Origin: Bilabrum cf. latius | Lineage: Eukaryota | Direction of reading: 5' to 3' | Assembly (NCBI GenBank): GCA_965178125.1 | Contig: OZ237739.1 | Span: 806,001-870,000 of the forward strand | Length of the DNA: 64,000 nt | Part shown: positions 26,371 through 37,088 of the stretch, piece after piece | Numbering within the stretch: position 1 is the stretch's first letter | Layout of the letters: each line of letters starts with the position of its first letter | The notes under the pieces: model-generated | Told to the model about the DNA's origin: nothing | Seen by the model: only the letters and a program-made list of their open reading frames with translations | Databases searched by the model: none | Translations under genes and position numbers: made by a program

Positions 26371-26656
26371 GGAATTTGGGTGCAATGCATTGTGAGCGGT
26401 GCCACGCGATAGAATCCTTAAGAAATACAGCTGACACAATCCGACAGACTCAATGTGTGACAGATCAACCACTACTCCCCCCCCCCCCCCACACACACCG
26501 CTGCCCGCACACACAAGTAACACGCATAATCACCCTTCTCGTTCGAGAATTGAACACACCCACATGAGCAATACCACCCACATATGGTGTAGTATGCACA
26601 TGTAATCAACGCCACCAACACCATTGGCCACATCCCAGTCGCCACTGAACGCCACA

Positions 26657-26768
26657 CCCCTGCCCCTGCCCCTGCCCCTGCCCCTGCCCCTGCCCCTGCC
26701 CCTGCCCCTGCCCCTGCCCCTGCCCCTGCCCCTGCCCCTGCCCCTGCCCCTGCCCCTGCCCCTGCCCC
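26657..26768. repeat. Perfect hexamer microsatellite (CCCCTG)n, about 18 copies, between convergent genes
   Basis: Directly visible. Confidence 0.97.
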
Positions 26769-26806
26769 GCTCGATAGGCTGCTCACAGGAGGCAGCGAGG
26801 CACGTG

Positions 26807-28237
26807 TCATCGGCGGCCCTCCACGGAGCCACCAACGCCCACCTGCACCCGCGGAGCATTCCCCGTGGCCTGCGCTTGCCCCAGCCCAGCCACCGTCACT
26901 GGCACAGGGAGCGCAGCCTGCAGCGAGCTGCCTTCGCCTGAGCCAGATGCAGTGCTGCTGCTGCTACTGCTGCTCGCTGCACCAGCGGTCAATCTAGCCG
27001 CTGCACCCGTCGCATCCCCATGGAAGGGGTTGCTGTCCCCCTGTCCCTGTCCCTGTCCCTGTCCCTCCCCGTCCTCTGGCCTCCCCAGGAGGTCCATGGT
27101 CCACTCGTACACGAGGAAGGTGACCGCATTTGAGGGGATGGCTCGTAGCACGGTGGGTCCGATCCCACGGAAGAACGCCATGGGCCCGTGCTACGTGTAG
27201 AGGCGCCTGGCCACCGCCGTTGCGGTCGCTTCGTGGTAGGGGGTGCTCTTGGGGAGCGTCTGGCAAGCTGTCTTGACCACATCCACAGGGTATGTGACAG
27301 TCCAGGTGGCAACTCCTGCGGCCGCCCCTGCTGCCATGAGAACCCAAGGCTGGTCCGTGCCTTCCTTGGCAGCTCGTACCTGCGAGGCCGTGGCGCCCGG
27401 TGCGATCACGGGAGGTCCCGCCATGGACACGTGCAGCCGTCCTAGCATCTCTTTGGCCTTTTCGTAGGCGATAAAGTAGGCAGCGAAGGACGGAATGTCG
27501 CGAAGCACGGTGGCCCACCACCCTCGAAATAGGCCCATTCTCCACCCGTGTGCCTGCACAAGCTCTCTTGCCACCTGTACTGCACCAGGGGTGGGCCCAG
27601 TCCCGTGGTGCACCTGCTGCCGCACCTTGATCAGCTCCATCGGTACCGTGATTGCGCACTGGAGCAACCCGCTCCAGCCCCCAGCAATGGTGAGCTTCAA
27701 CAAATCCTTATTTCCAGCCTTCTCGGCCTCTGTTTTACCCATTGAGGAATCCAACGTGCGGAGCGCATGGCCGTACGAAGCGAACAGGACTGCATTCAAC
27801 GGCGCATTGAACACCAACGGCGCCGCCAATCCTTTAAACAGGGCACTTGGCTGCGATAAGCAAGTAATCGGATGAATGGTTAAGTGATTATCCATAAAGT
27901 ACCGCAAAACGAGCCAAACGGAAAGAAAGCAGCCAGTTTGACTTACACCTTCTTTGACTGTGATCTGTCTCAGGCAGTCTACCGAGCCTCGATACAAGTG
28001 CGATGTACGCTCAGATTGCAACCTAACTTTAACAGTATCTAGAGGCTGCGATTGTGAAATACAATTCCAGTGATGACTACTAGTTGAACGTGTGAGCAAC
28101 CCGAAAAAACTCTCGGCATTTCGAAAGAGACCCAATCGAGACTGCTGCACTCCACTCACTTGCCCGACAACGATCCCCGCGCAACCACCAAATGTCCCAG
28201 CAGTTAGCTCTTTGATGATGTTCATTGCATCATCCAT
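26807..28237 (-). CDS. Mitochondrial carrier (SLC25A29/A20-like) with introns 28046-28159 and 27851-27946
   Basis: Three PX[D/E]XXK signatures (PLDTVK, PMELIK, PVDVVK). The last helix FFRGIGPTVLRAIPSNAVTFLVYE lies beyond the TAG at 27191. Ends in TGA. Confidence 0.9.
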
Positions 28238-28618
28238 GGCCCCCCGGTGGGCGCACTCTCGCAACTACCGAGCGGGGGACAAACGACGGTGCAATCTGGC
28301 TCCGAATCATGGCGAATCCGAGTGCACCTCGAGTTTATTGCTATGTGCGTAGCTAAATGAAGGCTGCCAAGCGGACCCACACATTTCCATTGGAAAGTTC
28401 GAGGGTAAGACTGCATGGTCAGGTATCCACGGTTCATACGGCCGCGTGATTTTCAACAGAGGGCCCGATGGTCACCACGCCGCTGGAAGTGCATGCCGGA
28501 TAACACATGGAGCACATATCTACCAAAATGCATTCTATCTATTCATTAGCGCCGAGCCGAGTCGATCAGCCCGTCAATGCTCGCTGTCCCCTGTGCACTG
28601 CGGGCCCTTTTCTACCCA

Positions 28619-29353
28619 TCACGAGCGACCCTGGTCATCCTCGCCTGATTGGCCCTGCACTCCGGAGCCAAATATTCGGCGAGCCGCAGGGGCTTCCCCC
28701 ACAGTCCCGCTCGCACCACTTCTGCCCTGCTGCTAGGTGCCAGCACTGCCGTCGCCGCTGGAATTGCCGCTTGCCGCAACGGCACGCTCCCAAGCGCCCG
28801 GCAGAGATGCCTCGTTGCCACGATTCGGCCGAGCACGGGTCTCCTCGTCCTTGCTGTTTGCTCTGTACCTCTCGTATAAATCCATGCCGACAAGCAGCAT
28901 GAACAGCGGAATGGTGCTGCCTCGCTGGGCTGCAGGCAGCAGTCGGGTGCTTGCTACGAACGGCAACAATGCAACGCCGCCTGAAATTAAGGCCGCCTCA
29001 TAACTTTTCGAAGTTGGATGGAAGAATCTGAAGTTCTCCATCACACCAAGGCCAATCTAGTACACCCCGAAGAATCCCATGCAAGTGAACCCCTTGCGAA
29101 GAACTCTTCGTACCGCCACCATCCCAGCACGCCGCATATCTGGACTTTCTCTTCGTATTTTGGCAAAATCAGAGAATACCTCGACTGCCCCGACGCTGCT
29201 CCCCATTATAAGCCCACCAAGGAATCCTAGCGCAAGTCTGCGAGACACACCTTCTAGCAAAGACATTGGTTTCACTTTTTCGTGGCGGATTCTTTGCAGT
29301 GCTTTCCATTCATTGTTCTTCAGCTTGTTTGATTCCACGTCCGGTTTTGCCAT
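28619..29353 (-). CDS. Small membrane protein, possibly Tim17/Tim22/Tim23-family-like
   Basis: Glycine-zipper transmembrane segments (GFLGGLIMGSSVG, MGFFGVY*IGLG, ALISGGVA). Joined via TAGs at 29057 and 28733. Ends in TGA. Confidence 0.55.
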
Positions 29354-29491
29354 AGCTGGCCTAAAATGTACAAAACAGTGGTCTGTGTATCGTAGTTTTT
29401 CCGGTTTAGTTTAGGACCCAGAGCTCGCGCTAGCGAGCTATCATTCTGGCAAGTTGGAAGAGACTCGAGTAAATTTTGCTTTGTTGTTTGT

Positions 29492-30133
29492 ATGGCAGCT
29501 GCATCTTCCGAGAAAACGACGGAAATGAGCAGTCCTCCGAAGGCAAAGGACACCGCTATTCCAATTACGCCAGAATTCCTTGCCATACTTGTACCAGACT
29601 CAAAAAGCCAATGGGTTGACTCAATCCGGAAACTCATGGAGTCGTTTCGAAAGCTTTTGTCGTCGAAAGGTGTCGATATCAGCGATTTCTAGGCATTCGA
29701 GGAGGAAATGGAAGGGCTGCCAGGCAAATACTCGGATCTTCACGGCGGGGAGCTGTTTGCGATCCTCCAGGTCCCAAGTAGATCTACTGCAGGAGACGAT
29801 AAGTCAAAGATGGGCGATGTCTGCGAACTTCGTGAATTATCATTGCCCGATGAGGCGATTGGTTGCATTGCATTTCGAAAACATGACGAGGAAACTGCTG
29901 AAATGAAGCGCATGTTCGTTACAGACAAATGCAGAGGCATGGGCCTCGGCTAGTCGATAGGCAAATTCATTATGGATAGAGCAAAACTGGCCGGCTACAA
30001 ACGAATGGTGCTGGACACGCTTGAGCGACTGCCTGGCGCAGTCAAAACTTATGAAAAACTTGGTTTTAGCAGAACCTCCTCTTATGTATACAATCCGATG
30101 AAAGACGCTATTTACATGAAAATTGACTTGTGA
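29492..30133 (+). CDS. GNAT-family N-acetyltransferase of bacterial type
   Basis: Motifs DISDF*AFEEEMEGLPGKY, IGCIAFR..AEMKRMFV..CRGMGLG*, GYKRMVLDTLERLPGAVKTYEKLGF..YNP. TAGs at 29690 and 29951. Ends in TGA. Confidence 0.88.
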
Positions 30134-30503
30134 ATTTACCCCCTGTACATTCATTCATTAGTCTTTGTGTTGTTAAACAAGATTACAAAGGAGCAAATGC
30201 ACGAACTTCTAATGCTTACAAGATCGCGTACATCACAGAGTCTACATGTAAGGCTTGGTTTGAGGGGTCGGCGTTAGGAAAGGTCAGGTATGCTTGGCTT
30301 AGTACCCAAACATTGATGACTAGAGAAATCATCAGCCAGATTGGATTCAAGGAATATTTATTTGGAATTTCAAACTCCTTTGACTTGAATTTGCTCCACC
30401 AAGTTGAAACTTCATGGTCAGACTCAAGTCATACAAGTCCCACTTTACGGATGGGTGCCGAATGATATAATGCTCAATAAGGAATGCATTCGTGCACGCC
30501 GTA

Positions 30504-31004
30504 TAGTACAAAGCAACACGATCCGTTAAGCTATGATATGATGTATGCATAACCATGACTTGAATCTGAACCAAGTATTAACTTGGTGGAGACCACAAAT
30601 GAAAAGGTACGCTCAGTGAATCGCATCTTCAGCCCAAACGGATCATGCATCCCTAATAGCTTGGGTACTTAACAGTATTGAAAAGCCCAAAACCGTAAAC
30701 ACAAGGAGCTTCAAGTGCCTTTGTATGCGCACACTATGAGACCCAATGAGCTATAGGCCAACCGACATGACTTATAACCACGACAATATCCATCTATCGG
30801 TTTCGTATACCACAGCTGTACATGCACACTCTATAATGTTTATCAACGGAGAGGATATCTGGTGTACAAAGCAATTATGTGAAAGCTCGCATTTATTTAT
30901 GTTGGATTGAGTTGATTGATTAAACTACTACACTTATGGGGTTGCAAAATGCAGCGATTCCAGTTCAATCCTTATAGCTTTACGGATCGTGTTGCTTTGT
31001 ACTA
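30504..31004. mobile_element. MITE-like non-autonomous element with 30-bp terminal inverted repeats bounded by TA
   Basis: TAGTACAAAGCAACACGATCCGTTAAGCTA (30504-30533) versus TAGCTTTACGGATCGTGTTGCTTTGTACTA (30975-31004), one mismatch. The interior is AT-rich and non-coding. Confidence 0.6.
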
Positions 31005-31182
31005 GATACTCGCAAGCGATAGATGGTTTGATAATGTCGTGCTTCTTTCGTCCTATCAAATTTGATTTGTATTCATCGGATCAAGCAATTATGTGAAAGC
31101 TCGCATTTATTCATGTTGGATTGAGTTGATTGATTAAACTACTACACTTATGGGTTGCAAAATGCAGCGATTCCAGTTCAAT
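30869..31182. repeat. About 100-bp near-perfect direct repeat (30869-30969 and 31083-31182)
   Basis: AAGCAATTATGTGAAAGCTCGCATTTATT...GCGATTCCAGTTCAAT occurs twice, differing by about one substitution and one indel. Confidence 0.92.
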
Positions 31183-31214
31183 ACTTATGAGTATATCAAA
31201 CACACTCCACTATT

Positions 31215-32753
31215 TCATGACATTGCCCGATCTTCCCAATCTTGAATCCAGAAATCAGATGTGTACGGGGTTCCTCGGTCTGGCCAGTTTGCATTATCTG
31301 GAGGGTGGAACCAATAGTTCAATGCCATATGATACTACCCATCTGAAGAGGAACTCCATACGCAGTGGTACCACCCTGCTGGGATAAACAAGCAGTTGCC
31401 TTTGCTAAGCGTGACAACTCTAAAAGGTACGTTCCTTTCTTTCAACTAGTGCCCATCAATATCGACATCTAAATTGGAGAAATTGTCCGGATCTTGCTTC
31501 TACTCATGTGAACTCTTTTCTCTTAATGACTCGCCAACACCAGGACTCTCATCACCATCTCCATCGCTAGCTTCTGCATCAAGTGCTTCCAAATCTAGTG
31601 CAGCCTCCATGGCACAATCGAGCTCCATTTCAGCCTCCTCTAGCATCTTCTGCTTCGATTCACAGTGAGCTTCACTGAGTTCTGACTCGATCTTTGATAT
31701 TCTTGCTTCTATCTCTCGAATGGCAATTGCTGCAGCCTATGCCTAGCGGGCCTCAGCGGTTGAGCCATCAGCAAATGCTACAGGCTGGCTCTCGTAGCAT
31801 ATTCTGCCGTTCGAATGCATCTTGGAAATTCTTCCAACTGGCTTTAACATCGAACCGTAGCCGGGAGGAATTAGGAGGATGTGCTTTTCTCCTTCTAGTA
31901 AACAATAGATGTTGTCATGGTAGTCATGATGGAGACCGCTGCAAGTTGGCGACACAGATGCTCCCATCCAGATGTTAATATTGGCCGGTATGAGACCACC
32001 AGCAAGTCGTGGTCGAATAGGAAAATCTTCAATTAGCGCATCCACTAGCTGCCCAAACAATGCGGGTCGACCCTCTTCATCCAATGGAATTGATTGCGTA
32101 CTCATGTATAGCCCAAGGCCAGGACCATCTCCCTTGCTATCGTTGCGATGCTTGTCGACAATCTGCTTGATTCCAGACACGACACGTTTGAAGGGTACCT
32201 CAACTTCGATTCCTTTCCCGAATGATCGCTTCGTTGACGTTTCACGAACAACTGGCCTGGATGCCTCCGACGAGGAAGATGGCGATGATGCTACTGCACA
32301 GCCACTGCTACTAGCAGCCGATGCAGCGGAGCTTGCGGATGACCCCGTCGAGCCGGAACCACCCACAGCACCGCCAGTGCCTTGATCCTCTGCAGTGGAA
32401 TCATCAGGCAGAGGGCTCTGAGTCTCAATTTTCACGGCAACATCACCAGCTTTCGACTCCAGATAGTCTAAAGTCCACTTATGGCCTGCAGTAAATGTGG
32501 TATCGTCCAGTAGCCCTCGAATCATAGCTGGCCTCCTGGCAGCAACGAATCGCTTGCAGAATGTTTCGGTGCGAATTGTGGACGCAACCTCCGGGACTTC
32601 AAAAGACTTCGGGGTAAGAGCTTCGCTGGCCTCGGTGTCGCGTGAGATACTGCTGGAAGCTGGCGCACCAGATACTTCCAGTCGCTGCTTCTTGTCTGAT
32701 GGCGCCCCCTCGGATTCCGGCTGCGTCTCAGCTGCTCTTTTCACACCAGCCAT
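31215..32753 (-). CDS. JmjC/cupin-8 2-oxoglutarate/Fe(II) dioxygenase
   Basis: NIWMG..SGLHHDYHDNIYCLLEGEK. The C-terminal LFIPAGWYH..HMALNYWFHPPD (third metal ligand) is reached only through TAGs at 31743, 31737, 31500 and 31446, with another at 31335. Ends in TGA. Confidence 0.88.
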
Positions 32754-33722
32754 TGCTGCGAATAAAAACACGAAAATATATTTCGAAACATGTACTGTGA
32801 AGCCGACCTGTTCATGTTCACTTCGATACTGGTGGCCAACAGCAGTTGGATGCTTGCAAATTCTTCATACACATTTCCGATATATAGAGTTTGTCTTCCG
32901 CGTTGGGTATTCCAACTTCAGACGAACGAGACTATGGTGTAATCATAAGAATAATAGCAGGGAAGTACGGCGACATATTCGCCTAAAATCCCCCGGCGCT
33001 CGCCGCAACGTCGTCGGTGAACAGCAACGTTTAAATCGAACATATCACAACTATTCTGTTGTCCAATCTTAATCTCACTTGTCAAAATGAAGAATAAATT
33101 GGTAAGTGTGTAGTTTTCTGGTCTACTTGGACAGTTTGTGCACAGGTAGGGGGGTACTTGAACCAATGTGCAGAAAATGGTGGATCGCAAGCCAGCCGAC
33201 ATTTCCGGTCTAGCCACAGCCGAGCACGGGGACGAGACATTCGCTGAGCTCGTGCTCCCAGCTAGCTGGCCCCGTTGGGGACAGAACCGGGACATAGGTA
33301 ATTGAGGGAAGGTTCGGCTCGGCTCGATAATTATAACGCCAATTGTTTTGTTCCGCAACCAAGCTTGTCAGTGGAAGGCCGAAAGGCCGCTCGCTGTTGG
33401 ACTGAGACAGCCCCACCCCAAAGGCTACAACCGGTGTCCTGCAGATCATACATTGTCGCACATAATATAATGGAGGCATTTGCAAGCTAATGCAGCTAGG
33501 TGGCCCCAGAGAATCGAATTGAAGTGGCCGGGTCAACAATCGAGCAGGTAGTATGCAACTGAGCAACGCAACAGACCAAACCATACTGTATACGTGTGCT
33601 GCCGAATAGCAGCAGCAAGTGTACAATGGTCACAGCAATTTCAATTGGCTCGTTTGGAAGTATGGGCTTCATGCGGCGCGAACATAAGTGCGGCTGCAAT
33701 GCAAAAAGTGCCGGCATCTCTA

Positions 33723-34291
33723 TCAGGATGGCTGACCCTTCTTGGATCCAGATTTGTTGCCTTTACTCCCCCCTTTCCCTGACCTCGAGCCATCTGATTT
33801 CCCCCCCTTCTTCTATTGCTTCGCTTTCTTGCTCTTGCCCTTGTCGTCGTCGACTTCATCGGAATCATCCTCCCCGAGGTAGTACGCACGGTCGGCGTCT
33901 GGCAGTTCGCTCACGAACTTCCTGTCCTCAGAGGAATACATCGGATAGTCAGGGAGAGACACCTGCGGAATCATATCAGAAAAGCGCGAAACATTGATAT
34001 TCGGCGGCCATGGAACCCGCTTGACAACAGCAAGTATTTACTGCATTATAGTCTTACTAAAAAAGCTATCGCCATCGTTCCTACCCATCCATACAATGTA
34101 ACAACAAAATTGGATTGGACGTATCCGGCCAGGAATGACACTGACTGCGGAAACAGAAATCAACGTGGAGGGCAAATACGGTCTTAAACCATACGGCATC
34201 TAAACTCGACACGCCACGATAATCCCACCGTTCCTACTACAATTATAATCATATATAGCCATTCAGCAAGTTTTTGTCCGGTGAAATCCAT
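33723..34291 (-). CDS. SPCS1: Signal peptidase complex subunit 1 (SPC12); introns 34145-34228 and 33963-34057
   Basis: MDFTGQKLAE N-terminus, two transmembrane segments (..VSFLAGYVQSNF..) and VSLPDYP. One TAG in the basic tail. Ends in TGA. Confidence 0.8.
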
Positions 34292-34447
34292 GTTTGGTCT
34301 TTGTTGCTGGCCAATGGCCATCCAATGGACTTCATCGTGCAATGCAGCTTCAGGAAGACTGTTGCGTGCTATTATCCGATATAACTTGCTTGAAACTGGC
34401 CGCCAACTGCGTTTGGCATCCTGCACTGAGTCCTTACATTTTTCACG

Positions 34448-36287
34448 ATGGCTGGGGCTCCTGTGATGGTTGTTGGTCCATAGACAAAGCGCCAAACTGG
34501 CAGGGAGGCGTAGTTGGGCAACATTGCCGCTGCGAAGGTGAGCTATTCGAAATGCTGCCACGAAATACTGAGCCGCTGCCCGCGTAGCTCAACACTGCTT
34601 TACTGGGCGGCCTTACCATGTACATCTGCAGGCCATTGCTGACGTTGTTCGCTCTAGCTTGGGGCCGAAGAGCATGCTCAAAATGTTGCTCGACCCCATG
34701 GGAGGCATTGTTATCACGAACGATGGAAGGGCAATCCTGCGCGAGCTGGATGTGTCTCATCCCGCTTGTCACAGCATGATTGAATTGTCGCGAGCCTAGG
34801 ACGAAGAAGTAGGCGATGGGACTACCTCTGTTGTGGTTCTTGGTGAGAGCAGCATCGCCTCGCCTGCCGACCTCGAGTCCTTCAACAGTCGGTACTGGCC
34901 CGTATGCGTGCCTTGCAGCACCTGGACTTTTGGTTCTCCTCAACGATGATACATTATCCTTTCTTGCGCAGCTGGCGAGCTGCTGACTGTCGCTGAGCCC
35001 TTCCTGCTGCGAAAAATGCACCCAACAGTGATCTGCAACGCGTACAGCCGGGCGCTCGAGGCCTCCCTCGAGGTGTGCGAGAGCCTTGCCGTGGTCGTGG
35101 ACCCAGAGAACAGGGAACAAATGCGTGACCTGGTTCGGTCGAGCATCGGCACCAAGTTTGTCTCCCGCTACGGCGACCTCATGGCGGACCTCGCCATCGA
35201 CGCGGTGCTGACGGTGAGGCAGGAGGAGGGCGGCCGCACCGAGATCGACCTGAAGAGGTTCGCGCGCGTGGAGCGGATCCCCGGCGGTGAGATGAGCGAG
35301 TGCCGCGTGCTAGACGGCGTGATGGTTAACAAGGATGTGACGAACGCCCGCATGAAGAGGAAGATCGAGAACCCCCGGGTGGTGCTGCTCGACTGCCCGC
35401 TCGAGTACAAAAAGATGGAGAGCGGAGCCCAGCTGGAGCTGACCAAGGAGGAGGACTTCGAGGCCATCCTAAAGATGGAGGAGGATTTCATTCAGAAGGC
35501 ATGCGCGGACATCATCGCGCTCAAGCCCGACGTGATTTTCACGGAAAAGGGCATCGCTGACCTCGCGCAGCACTACTTCGTCAAGCACGGGATCACCGCC
35601 ATCCGCAGGATCCGCAAGATGGACAACGACCGCATCTCGCGTGCCACTGGGGCCACGATCGTGCACCGCACCGACGAGTTGACGGAGGACGACGTAGGCA
35701 CCAAGTGCGGCCTGTTCGAGGTGCGCAAGCTCGGGGACGAATACTTCACTTTCTTGGAGAAGTGCAAGGACCCCAAGGCATGCACGATCATGCTGAGGGG
35801 AGGCTCCAAGGACGTGCTCAACGAGCTGGAGCGCAACCTGCAGGACGCCATGCAGGTGGCCCGCAACATCATCATCGAGCCCAAGCTGCTCCCCGGCGGG
35901 GGTGCCACGGAGATGGCCATCTCCGTCGCGCTGGCAGAGAAGGCGCGCGCCATCAAGGGCGTGGAGCAGTGGCCCTTCAAGGCCGTGGGCGTGGCCCTGG
36001 AGGTCGTGCCCAGGACGCTGGCGCAGAACTGCGGCGCGGACGTGGTGCGCCTCATGACTGAGCTCAGGGCGGCCAAGGCCGGCAAGGGGTCCTCCATGCT
36101 GGGCGTGGACGGGAACAGGGGCGTGCTCGCCGATATGGGGGATCTTGGGGTCTGGGATGCTTTCTCGGTTAAGACGCAGACACTCAAGACCGCCGTGGAG
36201 CAGGCTACCATGCTGCTGCGCATCGATGACATCGTGAGCGGGGGCAAGAAGAAGCAGCAGGGTGGGATGATTGCCCCGGAGGAATGA
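34448..36287 (+). CDS. CCT3: Chaperonin CCT/TRiC gamma subunit; introns 34538-34631 and 34843-34971
   Basis: MAGAPVMVVGP*TKRQTGREA*LGNIAAAK / AIADVVRSSLGPKSMLKMLLDPMGGIVITNDG..SMIELSRA*DEEVGDGTTSVVVL / AGE..., followed by the canonical CCT3 body. Ends in TGA. Confidence 0.97.
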
Positions 36288-36379
36288 ATTTTCCGTGAAC
36301 AAGCCATACAAGCAATGACTAGCCATTCAAAATCTATCAATATCGCTTGGAAAGCACGGCAATTATTTGTATTCCTTGT

Positions 36380-36907
36380 TCAGAACTGCCCCTGACGGCG
36401 TGACCACCCGAGCGCCGACACAACACCTAAAATAATTCCAAGGACCACAAATACCAAAGAAATGCCCGATATTATCTGGTCCAATCGCAGTACGTAAGTC
36501 TGCAGCTGCAAGAAGTACGAATAGGCGATTATCAGCGGCAGAGCAAACAGCACTCCAACGAAGACCGCGTTGGCACTCTCGGTCTTGTTTCCATATGAAC
36601 TAATCCTGCACCGTGCTAACTCCGTAATTCCCGTCGCAAACACCAAAAAAGCCTCCCATCCCAAGCTGCCTCGCGGATCTGGCAAAACGAGGCCTGCGGT
36701 GTAGAGTGGCCACTGTCCTTCAGTCCCTGCTGGTCGGAAAAGGCATCGCGGACGACAAATCGAATCAACATGGTAAGCACATACAACTGTCTCACTTTTA
36801 TACACCATGCCAGCCAGGGTTAGCACGAAAAATATCAACGCGTACCACTGAGACATATACAGGGATATTTCGAACCAAAGGTTGCTTCCCAGAGCGCTTC
36901 GGGCCAT
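36380..36907 (-). CDS. TMEM216/TMEM17-family ciliary transition-zone membrane protein (probable intron 36694-36795)
   Basis: LGSNLWFEISLY, ELARCRISSYGNKTE and LQTYVLRLD are typical of the Transmemb_17 family. Confidence 0.8.
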   Translation of the reverse strand: MARSALGSNLWFEISLYMSQWYALIFFVLTLAGMVYKSETVVCAYHVDSICRPRCLFRPAGTEGQWPLYTAGLVLPDPRGSLGWEAFLVFATGITELARCRISSYGNKTESANAVFVGVLFALPLIIAYSYFLQLQTYVLRLDQIISGISLVFVVLGIILGVVSALGWSRRQGQF

Positions 36908-37088
36908 GTTGGTCACAAGATACTTTACTACCAGAAAGATATCTTGCTAAGTGCAGTCAGGCGGTAGACAATCTCGAGATTCACGTAAATGTGCGATTTC
37001 AACCGCTTTGAAGCACTTCTGAGAATTCATCTTCACCAATGGCTCGGCACATTGCCTCGGTTCGTAGCGACTACAAAGGCTGCTCAGG

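Noticed and set aside
26657-26768. Telomere or CRISPR interpretation of the hexamer array
   Set aside because: It is internal, has no spacers, and the unit is not a TTAGGG-type repeat.
33088-33470. Possible small spliced gene (ATG AAG AAT AAA TTG / GTAAGT...)
   Set aside because: Splice-like sites are present, but the product is short and unrecognisable. Support is insufficient.
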